Of a stretch of DNA of 64,000 nucleotides, positions 9,547 through 18,202 are shown piece by piece. The notes beneath the pieces were generated by a model that was not told the origin of the DNA, searched no databases, and worked only from the letters and a program-made list of their open reading frames with translations. A program made the translations under genes and the position numbers. Origin of the DNA: a virus (lineage: Duplodnaviria > Caudoviricetes); the IMG/VR virus record IMGVR_UViG_3300023179_000065, positions 1 to 64,000 of that record; one strand, 5' to 3'. The first letter of the stretch is position 1; each line of letters begins with the position of its first letter.

Positions 9547-10057
9547 GAAAGAAGCTCTCTATAGCAGCGTAGGTAATTCTGCACAAGAGATTTTTAATAA
9601 GATTGGTATTAATAATGCTATGTCAAAGACTGTTATGATTCAGACAGCTCGTGCATATATTGATAGTCAGAGCAATCCAGTCCGAGCATGTAACGCTATT
9701 CTTCTCAAGCTCGGTGTGCCGGTACAATTTAATGCCGAGATGCGTAAGAGCAGAGTATACGCATTGACCGCTTTAGATGAAGCAACGACTCAAGGAGTAA
9801 ATTTTGATCCTAAGTCAGTATTGTCCATTGCCGAAAAACGTTTAGAAAAGTTGAATACTATTTTAGGCAAAGATATCAGTGTTCAAGAAGAAAAAGAAGT
9901 ATCTACGTCTAAGTCATCTATTGCTAGAGAAATCTATGCAAGTATGATCGATAAAAAGACAGGCGATATTGTTCGAGAGATATCAGAAAGGTTAAATATT
10001 GAGAAGCAGTCGGCTTATGGATATTACTATAGTGCAAAACGAGCACTAACAGTTTAA
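9518..10057 (+). CDS. Hypothetical protein, possible C-terminal HTH
   Basis: MARKKK start; C-terminal IVREISERLNIEKQSAYGYY. Confidence 0.6.
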   Translation: MARKKKVEFKKEALYSSVGNSAQEIFNKIGINNAMSKTVMIQTARAYIDSQSNPVRACNAILLKLGVPVQFNAEMRKSRVYALTALDEATTQGVNFDPKSVLSIAEKRLEKLNTILGKDISVQEEKEVSTSKSSIAREIYASMIDKKTGDIVREISERLNIEKQSAYGYYYSAKRALTV

Positions 10058-10060
10058 GCA

Positions 10061-10089
10061 AACGGGCTTCAATGCCCGTTCTTCTTTTT
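10061..10089 (+). terminator. Rho-independent terminator
   Basis: AACGGGC-TTCAAT-GCCCGTT stem-loop followed by CTTCTTTTT right after a stop codon. Confidence 0.75.
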
Positions 10090-10105
10090 AGTTCTAGGAG
10101 GTGCC

Positions 10106-10303
10106 ATGGATTACAGAAGAGCATCAGAACTCGAAGAAATGATTCAAAATCAGATCTTCTACGGAATTCCAATCTCAGAAATATCATCAGATATGCTAGA
10201 TGATATGGATAACGAAGATCTGAGAACGTTCTACATCATAGTTAACATGCTTCACTGGGAAGCCATAGATGATCTCACGAAAAAAGTTGCTTTTATTTCG
10301 TGA
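10106..10303 (+). CDS. Small acidic hypothetical protein
   Basis: AGGAGG RBS. Confidence 0.6.
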   Translation: MDYRRASELEEMIQNQIFYGIPISEISSDMLDDMDNEDLRTFYIIVNMLHWEAIDDLTKKVAFIS

Positions 10304-10315
10304 CGAAATTAATAT
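10287..10315 (+). promoter_or_regulatory. Sigma70-like early promoter with palindromic spacer
   Basis: TTGCTT-N17-TAATAT; spacer contains ATTTCGT-G-ACGAAAT. Confidence 0.5.
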
Positions 10316-10345
10316 ATACATGTCATTAATTAAAGGAGATATGAC

Positions 10346-11278
10346 ATGGCACACTTGATTGAGACTATGGCTTACGCTGGCGAAGTACCTTGGCATGGTT
10401 TGGGTAAGGAAGTACCTGCTGACCTGTCCCCTGAGCAAATGCTCAAGACTGCAGATCTAGACTGGACCGTTGATAAGGTTCCTACTTTTATTGATCTTAA
10501 TGGTGTTAAGACTGCAACAGGCCGGCATGCGCTGGTTCGATCGTCCGATAACAGCATTCTCGACGTCGTTACAACCGACTGGAATCCTGTCCAGAACCAA
10601 GAAGCTTTTGAGTTCTTTGATGAGTTTGTTCATAGCGGTGATATGGAAATGCATACCGCCGGCTCGTTGAAGAACGGTCAAGTCGTTTGGGCTTTGGCTA
10701 AGATCAAGGACGGTTTTGAGCTGTTTGGTGGTGATGAAGTAAAGGGCTATTTGCTCTTTACTAACCCGCATAAGTTCGGTCAATCGATCGATATTCGTTT
10801 TACCCCTATCCGAGTTGTTTGTAATAATACCCTTACGCTGGCTCTAGACGCTAAGGCTGCCAACTCTTACAAGATGAATCATCGTCGTACGTTTGATGGT
10901 GATGTTGCTAAGGAGATGCTTGGTATTGCTAAGGATAAGCTACAGACCTATAAGGAGATGGCTGCTTTCCTTGGTAGCAAGCGTTATAACGATGATAAGG
11001 TAAAGGAATACTTTGCTACTATCTTCCCCGGCCTTACTAAGGAAGAAGGTAAGATGTCTCGTAATGCCGTTCAAGCGCTTGATGTTTTGGAAAAGCAGCC
11101 CGGTGCTAAGTTTGCCGAAGGTAGCTGGTGGCAGCCGTTTAACGCAGTTACGTTTATGACTGATCACCTGCTTGGTCGTAGTAACGAGACTCGTATTCAA
11201 TCGGCCTGGTTTGGTCCTAACAAGTCCCTCAAGATTAAGGCTCTAGAGAAGGCTGTTGAGTTTGCAGAAGCTGCTTAA
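10346..11278 (+). CDS. DUF932 / TIGR03299 phage-plasmid-like protein
   Basis: MAHLIETMAYAGEVPWHGLG, FTPIRVVCNNTL, SAWFG. Confidence 0.9.
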   Translation: MAHLIETMAYAGEVPWHGLGKEVPADLSPEQMLKTADLDWTVDKVPTFIDLNGVKTATGRHALVRSSDNSILDVVTTDWNPVQNQEAFEFFDEFVHSGDMEMHTAGSLKNGQVVWALAKIKDGFELFGGDEVKGYLLFTNPHKFGQSIDIRFTPIRVVCNNTLTLALDAKAANSYKMNHRRTFDGDVAKEMLGIAKDKLQTYKEMAAFLGSKRYNDDKVKEYFATIFPGLTKEEGKMSRNAVQALDVLEKQPGAKFAEGSWWQPFNAVTFMTDHLLGRSNETRIQSAWFGPNKSLKIKALEKAVEFAEAA

Positions 11279-11700
11279 TGTCTAATGAATACGAAAAGAT
11301 CTTTAACCCACCGGTAGATCTTAACGTAGCTGGTTTGAATCGTAATTCACTCCCCTACCCTACCGAGGTGGGGAGTGCTTACTTTCCCCCAGTAAAAGTT
11401 GAAGATATTAAATCTTATTACTTAAGTCAATCTGTAAACCGGTATAATGAGAAAGTAGCTTTTTTACAAAAGCAAGCTGATATTATTAGAGAGGAATATG
11501 ATAAGATAAGAGCAAGTATGGAGCTTGCCTTTCTTATTGATCAGGCCAGATATGCCTTTAAACCTGTTCCAGGTAATATTTACTTTCTACAGAAAGACTA
11601 TGCTGGAAGATTAGTTTTGAATTTAGTTCATATTACATATAATGAGTTTATACATAAAGTTCAATATAGAGCAGATGGAGAATGGGTGGTAGCGGAGTAA
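11278..11700 (+). CDS. DUF2452-like protein
   Basis: SLPYPTEVGS...ARYAFKPVPGNIYFL...DGEW. Confidence 0.65.
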   Translation: MSNEYEKIFNPPVDLNVAGLNRNSLPYPTEVGSAYFPPVKVEDIKSYYLSQSVNRYNEKVAFLQKQADIIREEYDKIRASMELAFLIDQARYAFKPVPGNIYFLQKDYAGRLVLNLVHITYNEFIHKVQYRADGEWVVAE

Positions 11701-11746
11701 TGTTTATCGTTACCACTACTTAATGCTAATATACCAGTATTTTTTA

Positions 11747-11776
11747 TTGACTGGGTATAAAATATTAAAGTAGGAT
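11747..11776 (+). promoter_or_regulatory. Putative sigma70 promoter for pqqA
   Basis: TTGACT-N18-TAGGAT, about 30 nt upstream of the ATG. Confidence 0.45.
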
Positions 11777-11806
11777 ATCCCTACTATTGTTATTAAGGAG
11801 ACTAAT

Positions 11807-11878
11807 ATGTGGACTAAGCCAACTGCTCAAGACAAGCGTTTCGGGTTTGAAGTCACGATGTACATTGCATCGCGTTAA
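11807..11878 (+). CDS. pqqA: Pyrroloquinoline quinone precursor peptide PqqA (23 aa; not in ORF track)
   Basis: MWTKPTAQDKRFGFEVTMYIASR, TAAGGAG RBS; matches the PqqA pattern MWxKP...RxGFEVTxY with ExxxY core. Confidence 0.93.
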   Translation: MWTKPTAQDKRFGFEVTMYIASR

Positions 11879-11893
11879 TAAGTAGTATATAAT
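11865..11893 (+). promoter_or_regulatory. Putative sigma70 promoter overlapping pqqA 3' end
   Basis: TTGCAT-N17-TATAAT. Confidence 0.55.
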
Positions 11894-11897
11894 ATGC

Positions 11898-11957
11898 CCG
11901 GGGCCTCTGCGAAAGTACGCCTCGGCTATCATTAAAGGGCCTGAAGGCTCTTTTTTT
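11898..11957 (+). ncRNA. Candidate small structured RNA
   Basis: CCGGGGC/GCCTCGG stem enclosing TGC-GAAA-GTA tetraloop hairpin, lying between a promoter and a terminator, no ORF. Confidence 0.35.
11934..11957 (+). terminator. Rho-independent terminator
   Basis: AAAGGGCC-TGAA-GGCTCTTT plus T-run. Confidence 0.8.
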
Positions 11958-11958
11958 A

Positions 11959-11966
11959 TATAAATA
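11959..11966 (+). promoter_or_regulatory. T4-type late promoter
   Basis: Exact TATAAATA upstream of a structural gene. Confidence 0.8.
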
Positions 11967-11992
11967 TGAGGTACTGCTAACTCTATAATATC

Positions 11993-13125
<1,133 letters not shown>

Positions 13126-13126
<1 letters not shown>

Positions 13127-14046
13127 TGCCACCTTTAATAGGTACATTTGGATCAGGTTCAGCAAGAGGGTTAGGTTCTAGAACTGCACAGGCTTTTACT
13201 AGAGCATTTACTATCTCACCTGCCGTATCAGGTAAAACTATCTGGTCATTAGATGCAGATGGCCCACTAAACTTAGGTACCGGTGGTACATGGGTTATAA
13301 CACCGACCTCCAATTTCGTCGCGAATACAAAAATATGGGGCGCCGGCGGAGGCGGTTGCGCTGGTGTCGGTGCTGGAGGTGGCGCCGCCGTCGGGGTAAT
13401 TTCCTTTATTAAAAGTCAATCATACGATTTAATAGTAGGTACTGGGGGGGATGGATATCCTGGGGGTAGAGGAGCGTCGGCAGGTGGCGCCGGATCAGGA
13501 ATACAAATTACTTCTGGTGCAGTACCAATTCTAGTAGCAGGCGGTGGAGGCGGCAGTTCTAACGCGCCAGGTACAGGTAGATTTGGAGGCCCAGGCGGTG
13601 GCACTACAGGCGCAGATCCAGAAAACGTCGGCGCCGGGGGATACCCAGGTACGCAGTCCGGTCCAGGGGCAGGAGGTAATGGTGGTAGACGCGTCGGCAA
13701 TTCAGGATCTGGTCGAAATGGTGGGGGAGGAGCTACAGGCTCTGTAGCAGCTGCCGGTGGTGTTGGTTTCGGCAATGGAGGTGTTGGAACTTACAACGGA
13801 GGAGATCAAGGATCTGGTGGTGGAGGAGGTGGGTATTTTGGGGGCGGTGAAGGTGGCGGTGATGCAGGAGGATATGGTGGTGGCGGAGGATCGGGTTACT
13901 TTAATCCTTCCTATGTAACTAGCGCTACTTTATACCAAGGAAACCAGCAACTACCAGGGAATTCCAGTGATAGTATTAATAATGGTTCTGGCACTGGCGG
14001 CGCGGTCAACGGTAAAGGAACAGCAGGTAAAATTTATTTATTATGA
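13126..14046 (+). CDS. Glycine-rich (polyglycine-II type) adhesin-like protein
   Basis: KIWGAGGGG, LVAGGGGG, GGGGGGYFGG, GGGGGSGY motifs of ALK/LTK-like and gp38-like Gly-rich domains. Confidence 0.7.
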
Positions 14047-14621
14047 ATGCAAAATGCTCTTATATTTTTCCTACCCCTATTCTGCAAAGGGACTCGGAAG
14101 ACCTATTAAACAAACAATTGATTACTAATGTTTTAGACTTAATACAAAAACATGGTAGTAATCCGTTTTATAGCCCATGTATCAGTACTATTAAAAATTT
14201 AAAAAATGTTCTTTTACTACCAGAACTTATCGAAATACAGTCATTTATAGTTGAGTGTATATCAACATACTGCGAATTTGCAAAGATAGAAAAAAACGGT
14301 CTATATATTAGTGATTCCTGGCTTAATCTCTATAATGAGCACGGCTACCAAGATCTACATACTCATGAGGATAGTGTTTTATCAGGAGTTTTTTATTTAG
14401 AAGCCAATAATAAAAGTGATTTAGTTTTTCAAGCACCCTGGCACTTTTTTCAACCAACTTATGCTAAATTTACTGAAACAGATTTAAATAATTGTCATAA
14501 TTTAGAATATCAGTCAGTTGCCGGTAGATGTTATATTTTTCCTAGCCATTTAATGCATAGAACATTGCCTACAAAAGATAGAAGAATTAGTTTAAGTTTT
14601 AACGTTAGACATGATAGATAA
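14043..14621 (+). CDS. 2OG-Fe(II) oxygenase (TIGR02466-like)
   Basis: IFPTPI, SWLN, HTHEDSVLSGVFYL, FPSHLMH, RISLSFN. Confidence 0.85.
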   Translation: MNAKCSYIFPTPILQRDSEDLLNKQLITNVLDLIQKHGSNPFYSPCISTIKNLKNVLLLPELIEIQSFIVECISTYCEFAKIEKNGLYISDSWLNLYNEHGYQDLHTHEDSVLSGVFYLEANNKSDLVFQAPWHFFQPTYAKFTETDLNNCHNLEYQSVAGRCYIFPSHLMHRTLPTKDRRISLSFNVRHDR

Positions 14622-14639
14622 AAATAAAAAGAAAATATC

Positions 14640-14702
14640 ATGAGTAAAAATTACGACTTATCTAAATTAGTAACAAATAATGCTAGTGTAACGCTTATGT
14701 AA
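14640..14702 (+). pseudogene. Truncated remnant resembling the N-terminus of the 11993 fibre
   Basis: MSKNYDLSKLVTNNASVTLM* versus MPSKNSNLSQLLSNNANVSF. Confidence 0.45.
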
Positions 14703-14741
14703 ATAACTTTACCGTGGCTAATTCTAATAGCAGGAACTTAG

Positions 14742-14770
14742 TTGACTATTATTCTTACTACTACTATAAT
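14742..14770 (+). promoter_or_regulatory. Near-consensus sigma70 promoter
   Basis: TTGACT-N17-TATAAT. Confidence 0.8.
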
Positions 14771-14787
14771 GTTCTTGTGGAGGAAAA

Positions 14788-14958
14788 ATGATAGTATGTA
14801 GTTGTAGAGGAATATCTACAAAACAATATACAACAGAAGAAGCACTTAAAGAAAGAATCATGCAGAATGATTTTAAGTGCGGAATCTGTCAGACTAAATA
14901 TATTATAGAAGAACAGCTAGATAATAGTGATCAAGCTGTAAACAATATTGCTGTATGA
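14788..14958 (+). CDS. Bfd-like [2Fe-2S]/metal-binding small protein (56 aa; not in ORF track)
   Basis: GGAGG RBS; MIVCSCRG...KCGIC (CxC-x24-CxxC). Confidence 0.6.
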   Translation: MIVCSCRGISTKQYTTEEALKERIMQNDFKCGICQTKYIIEEQLDNSDQAVNNIAV

Positions 14959-15253
14959 AGTAAAAGGAAAAGGGTTCTGGACGCGAGTTCGATTCTCGCC
15001 ATCTCCACCATAAGCGTATTGCCTGGTATGAGTGCCTATAGGCTTAATCAGAGTCCAATAAGCAGTACGCTTATGATGGGGATGTCAAGGTTTCGACAGG
15101 GCAATGAGTACAGATATGGACAGCACGTCAGGCGATCGACGTAAATGAAGCAAAACTAGTAAACGCAAACGACAGCGATTACAACATGGCTCTTGCTGCC
15201 TAAACAGTAAGATACGGAGTTTAGAGGCTGTACTTGGCAACAGAAACAGCCTC
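14950..15253 (+). ncRNA. ssrA: Permuted (two-piece) tmRNA, tag ANDSDYNMALAA
   Basis: T-arm GCGAG-TTCGATT-CTCGC and CATCTCC-ACCA (ends 15010) precede 5' end GGGGATG (15078) with G3:U pair; tag reading frame 15165-15203; helix CAGGGC/GTTCTG and TACAG/CTGTA. Confidence 0.92.
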
Positions 15254-15272
15254 ATCTTTAAAGGAGAAAGAT

Positions 15273-15386
15273 ATGATTGATTCGTTTATTTGGGTTCTAG
15301 TAGGTGCTTTTATTGGATGGCACGTGCCGCAACCTTCATGGGCTGTTGCTATCAAGAACAAGGTTATGGAGATGATTAAGAAATGA
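15273..15386 (+). CDS. Small membrane protein (37 aa; not in ORF track)
   Basis: AAGGAG RBS; MIDSFIWVLVGAFIGWHVPQPSWA...; ATGA overlap with the endolysin. Confidence 0.65.
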   Translation: MIDSFIWVLVGAFIGWHVPQPSWAVAIKNKVMEMIKK

Positions 15387-15856
15387 CCGTTCAGCTTTCA
15401 AAGAACTTTACGCTTACAGAATTCACTAAGAGTCAAGCCGGTGCACGTCTAGGGATTGATAATACCCCACAAGGCGAGCATCTCGAGAACCTAAAGAATT
15501 TAGTGACTAAGATTATTCAGCCTCTTCGAGAGCAGCTAGGTAAGCCTATCACTATTAACTCTGGATATCGTGGTCCTGAAGTTAACAAGGCTGTGGGTGG
15601 TGCGGCTACAAGTCAGCATTGTTTTGGAGAGGCTGCTGATATTGAATGTCCTGGTATGGCTAATGCTGACCTTGCACATTATATCCAAAAGCATTTTGAT
15701 TTTGATCAGTTGATTCTAGAATTTTATAAGCCAGGCGTTCCGGATTCAGGTTGGGTGCATGTTAGTTTGAAACGTCAAGGCGCTCAACGCAAGCAATGTC
15801 TTACCGCCGTGTCTGAAAATGGCAAGACGGTTTATAAGCCAGGGTTTCTATCTTAA
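15383..15856 (+). CDS. Peptidase M15A endolysin
   Basis: LSKNFTLTEF, INSGYR, SQHCFGEAAD, WVHVS Zn ligands. Confidence 0.9.
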   Translation: MTVQLSKNFTLTEFTKSQAGARLGIDNTPQGEHLENLKNLVTKIIQPLREQLGKPITINSGYRGPEVNKAVGGAATSQHCFGEAADIECPGMANADLAHYIQKHFDFDQLILEFYKPGVPDSGWVHVSLKRQGAQRKQCLTAVSENGKTVYKPGFLS

Positions 15857-16489
15857 TTGTTTAAGCTAAACAATATAGAGGTGCACAGAAACCCAACGTG
15901 CGCGCAGACAGTCAACTCCAAGCATTTTAGTTCGGAATCACTCAAGTATTTCGACAAAGATGGTTTTGAGCTTACCCCTCTAGAACAGCATTATTATAAT
16001 GCATCCGGGTATCAGAACAAAATTGGATCTGGCTGTCTGTATAATACCTGTTGGCAAGAACCCTGGTTTACTCTAGAAGACAGTAATGATTTTATCATAG
16101 ATCATTCAATGATTTTACATCGTTGCGACTTTACGGGCGATGCAGCTATTCAACTTTACGAATATAACAAGAAGCTACCTCAGCTTAATTATCTTATAAA
16201 TTGTAAGAAGAAGTGGGGACTAGACTTCAGCCTTGATTATATTGATGTAGATTCGAACAAAATATATGAAATAATTCATATTGAGCAAGACTCTAACAAC
16301 TACGAACAATTCTTAGAACTTAAAGACAAGTTTGAGAATTTTGTTCTCTCTACGGACTGGAATAAAGCGGCCAAAGTTCTCCTAAAGCAAAAAGAGAAGT
16401 GGCTTAATCTTAACGGAATGGCACAAAACGACTGGAAAGCAAAGTTCTTTGGCTATTCACAAGCTGAATCAATAATTAAAACGATCTAG
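15857..16489 (+). CDS. Hypothetical protein
   Basis: 210-aa ORF, TTG start abutting upstream stop. Confidence 0.6.
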   Translation: MFKLNNIEVHRNPTCAQTVNSKHFSSESLKYFDKDGFELTPLEQHYYNASGYQNKIGSGCLYNTCWQEPWFTLEDSNDFIIDHSMILHRCDFTGDAAIQLYEYNKKLPQLNYLINCKKKWGLDFSLDYIDVDSNKIYEIIHIEQDSNNYEQFLELKDKFENFVLSTDWNKAAKVLLKQKEKWLNLNGMAQNDWKAKFFGYSQAESIIKTI

Positions 16490-16490
16490 C

Positions 16491-16519
16491 TTGATATTAT
16501 TTCAGTAGTAACACATAAT
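16491..16519 (+). promoter_or_regulatory. Putative sigma70 promoter
   Basis: TTGATA-N17-CATAAT before the AAGGAG RBS of the SleB-like gene. Confidence 0.55.
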
Positions 16520-16537
16520 ACAACTAAGGAGATAGAA

Positions 16538-17089
16538 ATGGGTAATATCCAGTCTATTGCTAGGTTTAGTATTAGCATTTTGTTTATAAGCTTAGTTATT
16601 TTTACCAGTATACATTTTGCAAACCAGGCGTATGATAAGCAGTATAAGAAGTATGCTGAGTTTAACGAAAGTATCAATTATAGAACTGCGGTTGAAGCCG
16701 AACGGCAGTTAGAATGCTTAAGTAAGAATATTTACTTTGAAGCAGCAACCGAACCGTTCGAAGGAAAGGTTGCAGTAGCACAAGTTACTCTTAATAGGGT
16801 TAATAGTGGCAATTTTCCAGGCGATGTATGCAGAGTAGTTTATCAAAAGAATATTTTCTACGATAAGGTAATCTGTCAATTCTCTTGGTATTGTGAAAGA
16901 AAGTCATTTATTGCACCTATTCATTCAGAGCACTACAAAGAAAGCGAGCGTGTTGCACGTAAGGTTCTTCTAGAAGGGTTTAAGTTGGATAGCGTAAGGC
17001 ATGCAATGTATTATCATGCTGATTACGTTCACCCTAAGTGGAAGAAAGAACAAGTAGCAAAGATTGGTCATCATATTTTTTATAGGTAA
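16538..17089 (+). CDS. SleB-like cell wall hydrolase (Hydrolase_2) with N-terminal TM segment
   Basis: CLSKNIYFEA, VAVAQVTLNRV, CQFSWYC, YYHADYVHPKW, IGHHIFY. Confidence 0.9.
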   Translation: MGNIQSIARFSISILFISLVIFTSIHFANQAYDKQYKKYAEFNESINYRTAVEAERQLECLSKNIYFEAATEPFEGKVAVAQVTLNRVNSGNFPGDVCRVVYQKNIFYDKVICQFSWYCERKSFIAPIHSEHYKESERVARKVLLEGFKLDSVRHAMYYHADYVHPKWKKEQVAKIGHHIFYR

Positions 17090-17094
17090 ACAAA

Positions 17095-17403
17095 ATGTTT
17101 AAGATTGAAATGTTTGATAAATTAGCACAAAATACTATTAAGTTCATCCAGCAATTTACGTCTGAGTCTTTTAATCTAGTAACCATTGTATTGCTGCATA
17201 TTGCAACATTTCCCACTCTTATGGCTGCTATCACATCTATTACTGATAGAATGCCTACAGTAGAAATCTTTTTGTTCTTGTTTGCAGGACTATTCGTCAT
17301 GCTACTGAAGTCCATTGCTGCCAAGGAAGTGTTTAGTGTTGTTATTAATTCCTTCGGCTTCTTTGTACAAGTAGTATTGCTTTGCTTGGTAGTGTTTAAA
17401 TGA
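17095..17403 (+). CDS. Small multi-pass membrane protein
   Basis: Three hydrophobic segments. Confidence 0.65.
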   Translation: MFKIEMFDKLAQNTIKFIQQFTSESFNLVTIVLLHIATFPTLMAAITSITDRMPTVEIFLFLFAGLFVMLLKSIAAKEVFSVVINSFGFFVQVVLLCLVVFK

Positions 17404-17645
17404 TAGTTAATACAGAACACACCGCGATTAGATCACCTACCGAGTTTTTCTTAGCAGTTGATAAATTATCATCAGATAAGAGAATTAATTACTTGGATGC
17501 AGTAATATTGTATTGTGAAGAAAATAGCATTGAGATTGAAACTGCTGCAACTTTAATTAAAGGTAGTTCTAAGTTTAAAGCAAGAATTCAAGATGATGCA
17601 GAAGAGCTAAACTTTTTACCCAAATCGAGGAAGTTACCTATATGA
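17400..17645 (+). CDS. gp33: Late transcription coactivator
   Basis: YLDAVILYCEENSIEIET...AEELNFLPKSRKLPI; position before gp59/gp32. Confidence 0.85.
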   Translation: MIVNTEHTAIRSPTEFFLAVDKLSSDKRINYLDAVILYCEENSIEIETAATLIKGSSKFKARIQDDAEELNFLPKSRKLPI

Positions 17646-18202
17646 CACAACTACCATCTCACCTAGGCGGTCATGAGAATGAAACTCACATCGACCGTGG
17701 CGCCTTGCGCTATCTTATTGATAATCTCGAAATTAAGTCTGTAGTAGATATTGGATGCGGCCCGGGTGGCATGATTCAATGCTGCTTGAATGAAGGCATT
17801 GAGGATGTTATTGGTCTTGATGGAGACTTTACTATCGAACGTCCAGATCAGATTGCTCTTAGAACAGCTATTCATGATTTTACTACTGGCCCCTATCAGC
17901 TGGATAAGATCTATGATTTAGCCTGGTCCGTAGAGTTTGTAGAGCATGTAGAAGAAAAGTACATGCAAAACTTTATCGACGTTTTTAAGCAATGCAAATA
18001 TGTTCTTATGACCCATGCTTTCCCAGGCCAACCAGGACACCATCACGTTAATTGCCAGCATGCAGAGTATTGGCTTAACGTTATGGAAAAGAATGGTTTT
18101 GAACCCAGACCGTTTACCTTGCAAAATGTACGAGCTGCATCTACAATGAAAGAACGTTATGTACGGCAACAGAGCTTATTCTTTAAGAATGGACGCATTT
18201 GA
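17642..18202 (+). CDS. Class I SAM-dependent methyltransferase
   Basis: VVDIGCGPGG, DLAWSVEFVEHV, PGQPGHHHVN. Confidence 0.85.
   Translation: MTQLPSHLGGHENETHIDRGALRYLIDNLEIKSVVDIGCGPGGMIQCCLNEGIEDVIGLDGDFTIERPDQIALRTAIHDFTTGPYQLDKIYDLAWSVEFVEHVEEKYMQNFIDVFKQCKYVLMTHAFPGQPGHHHVNCQHAEYWLNVMEKNGFEPRPFTLQNVRAASTMKERYVRQQSLFFKNGRI

Noticed and set aside
14978-15010. tRNA-Ala-like 3' half
   Set aside because: No anticodon arm; it pairs with a downstream GGGGATG and is followed by a tag frame, so it is the acceptor piece of a permuted tmRNA.
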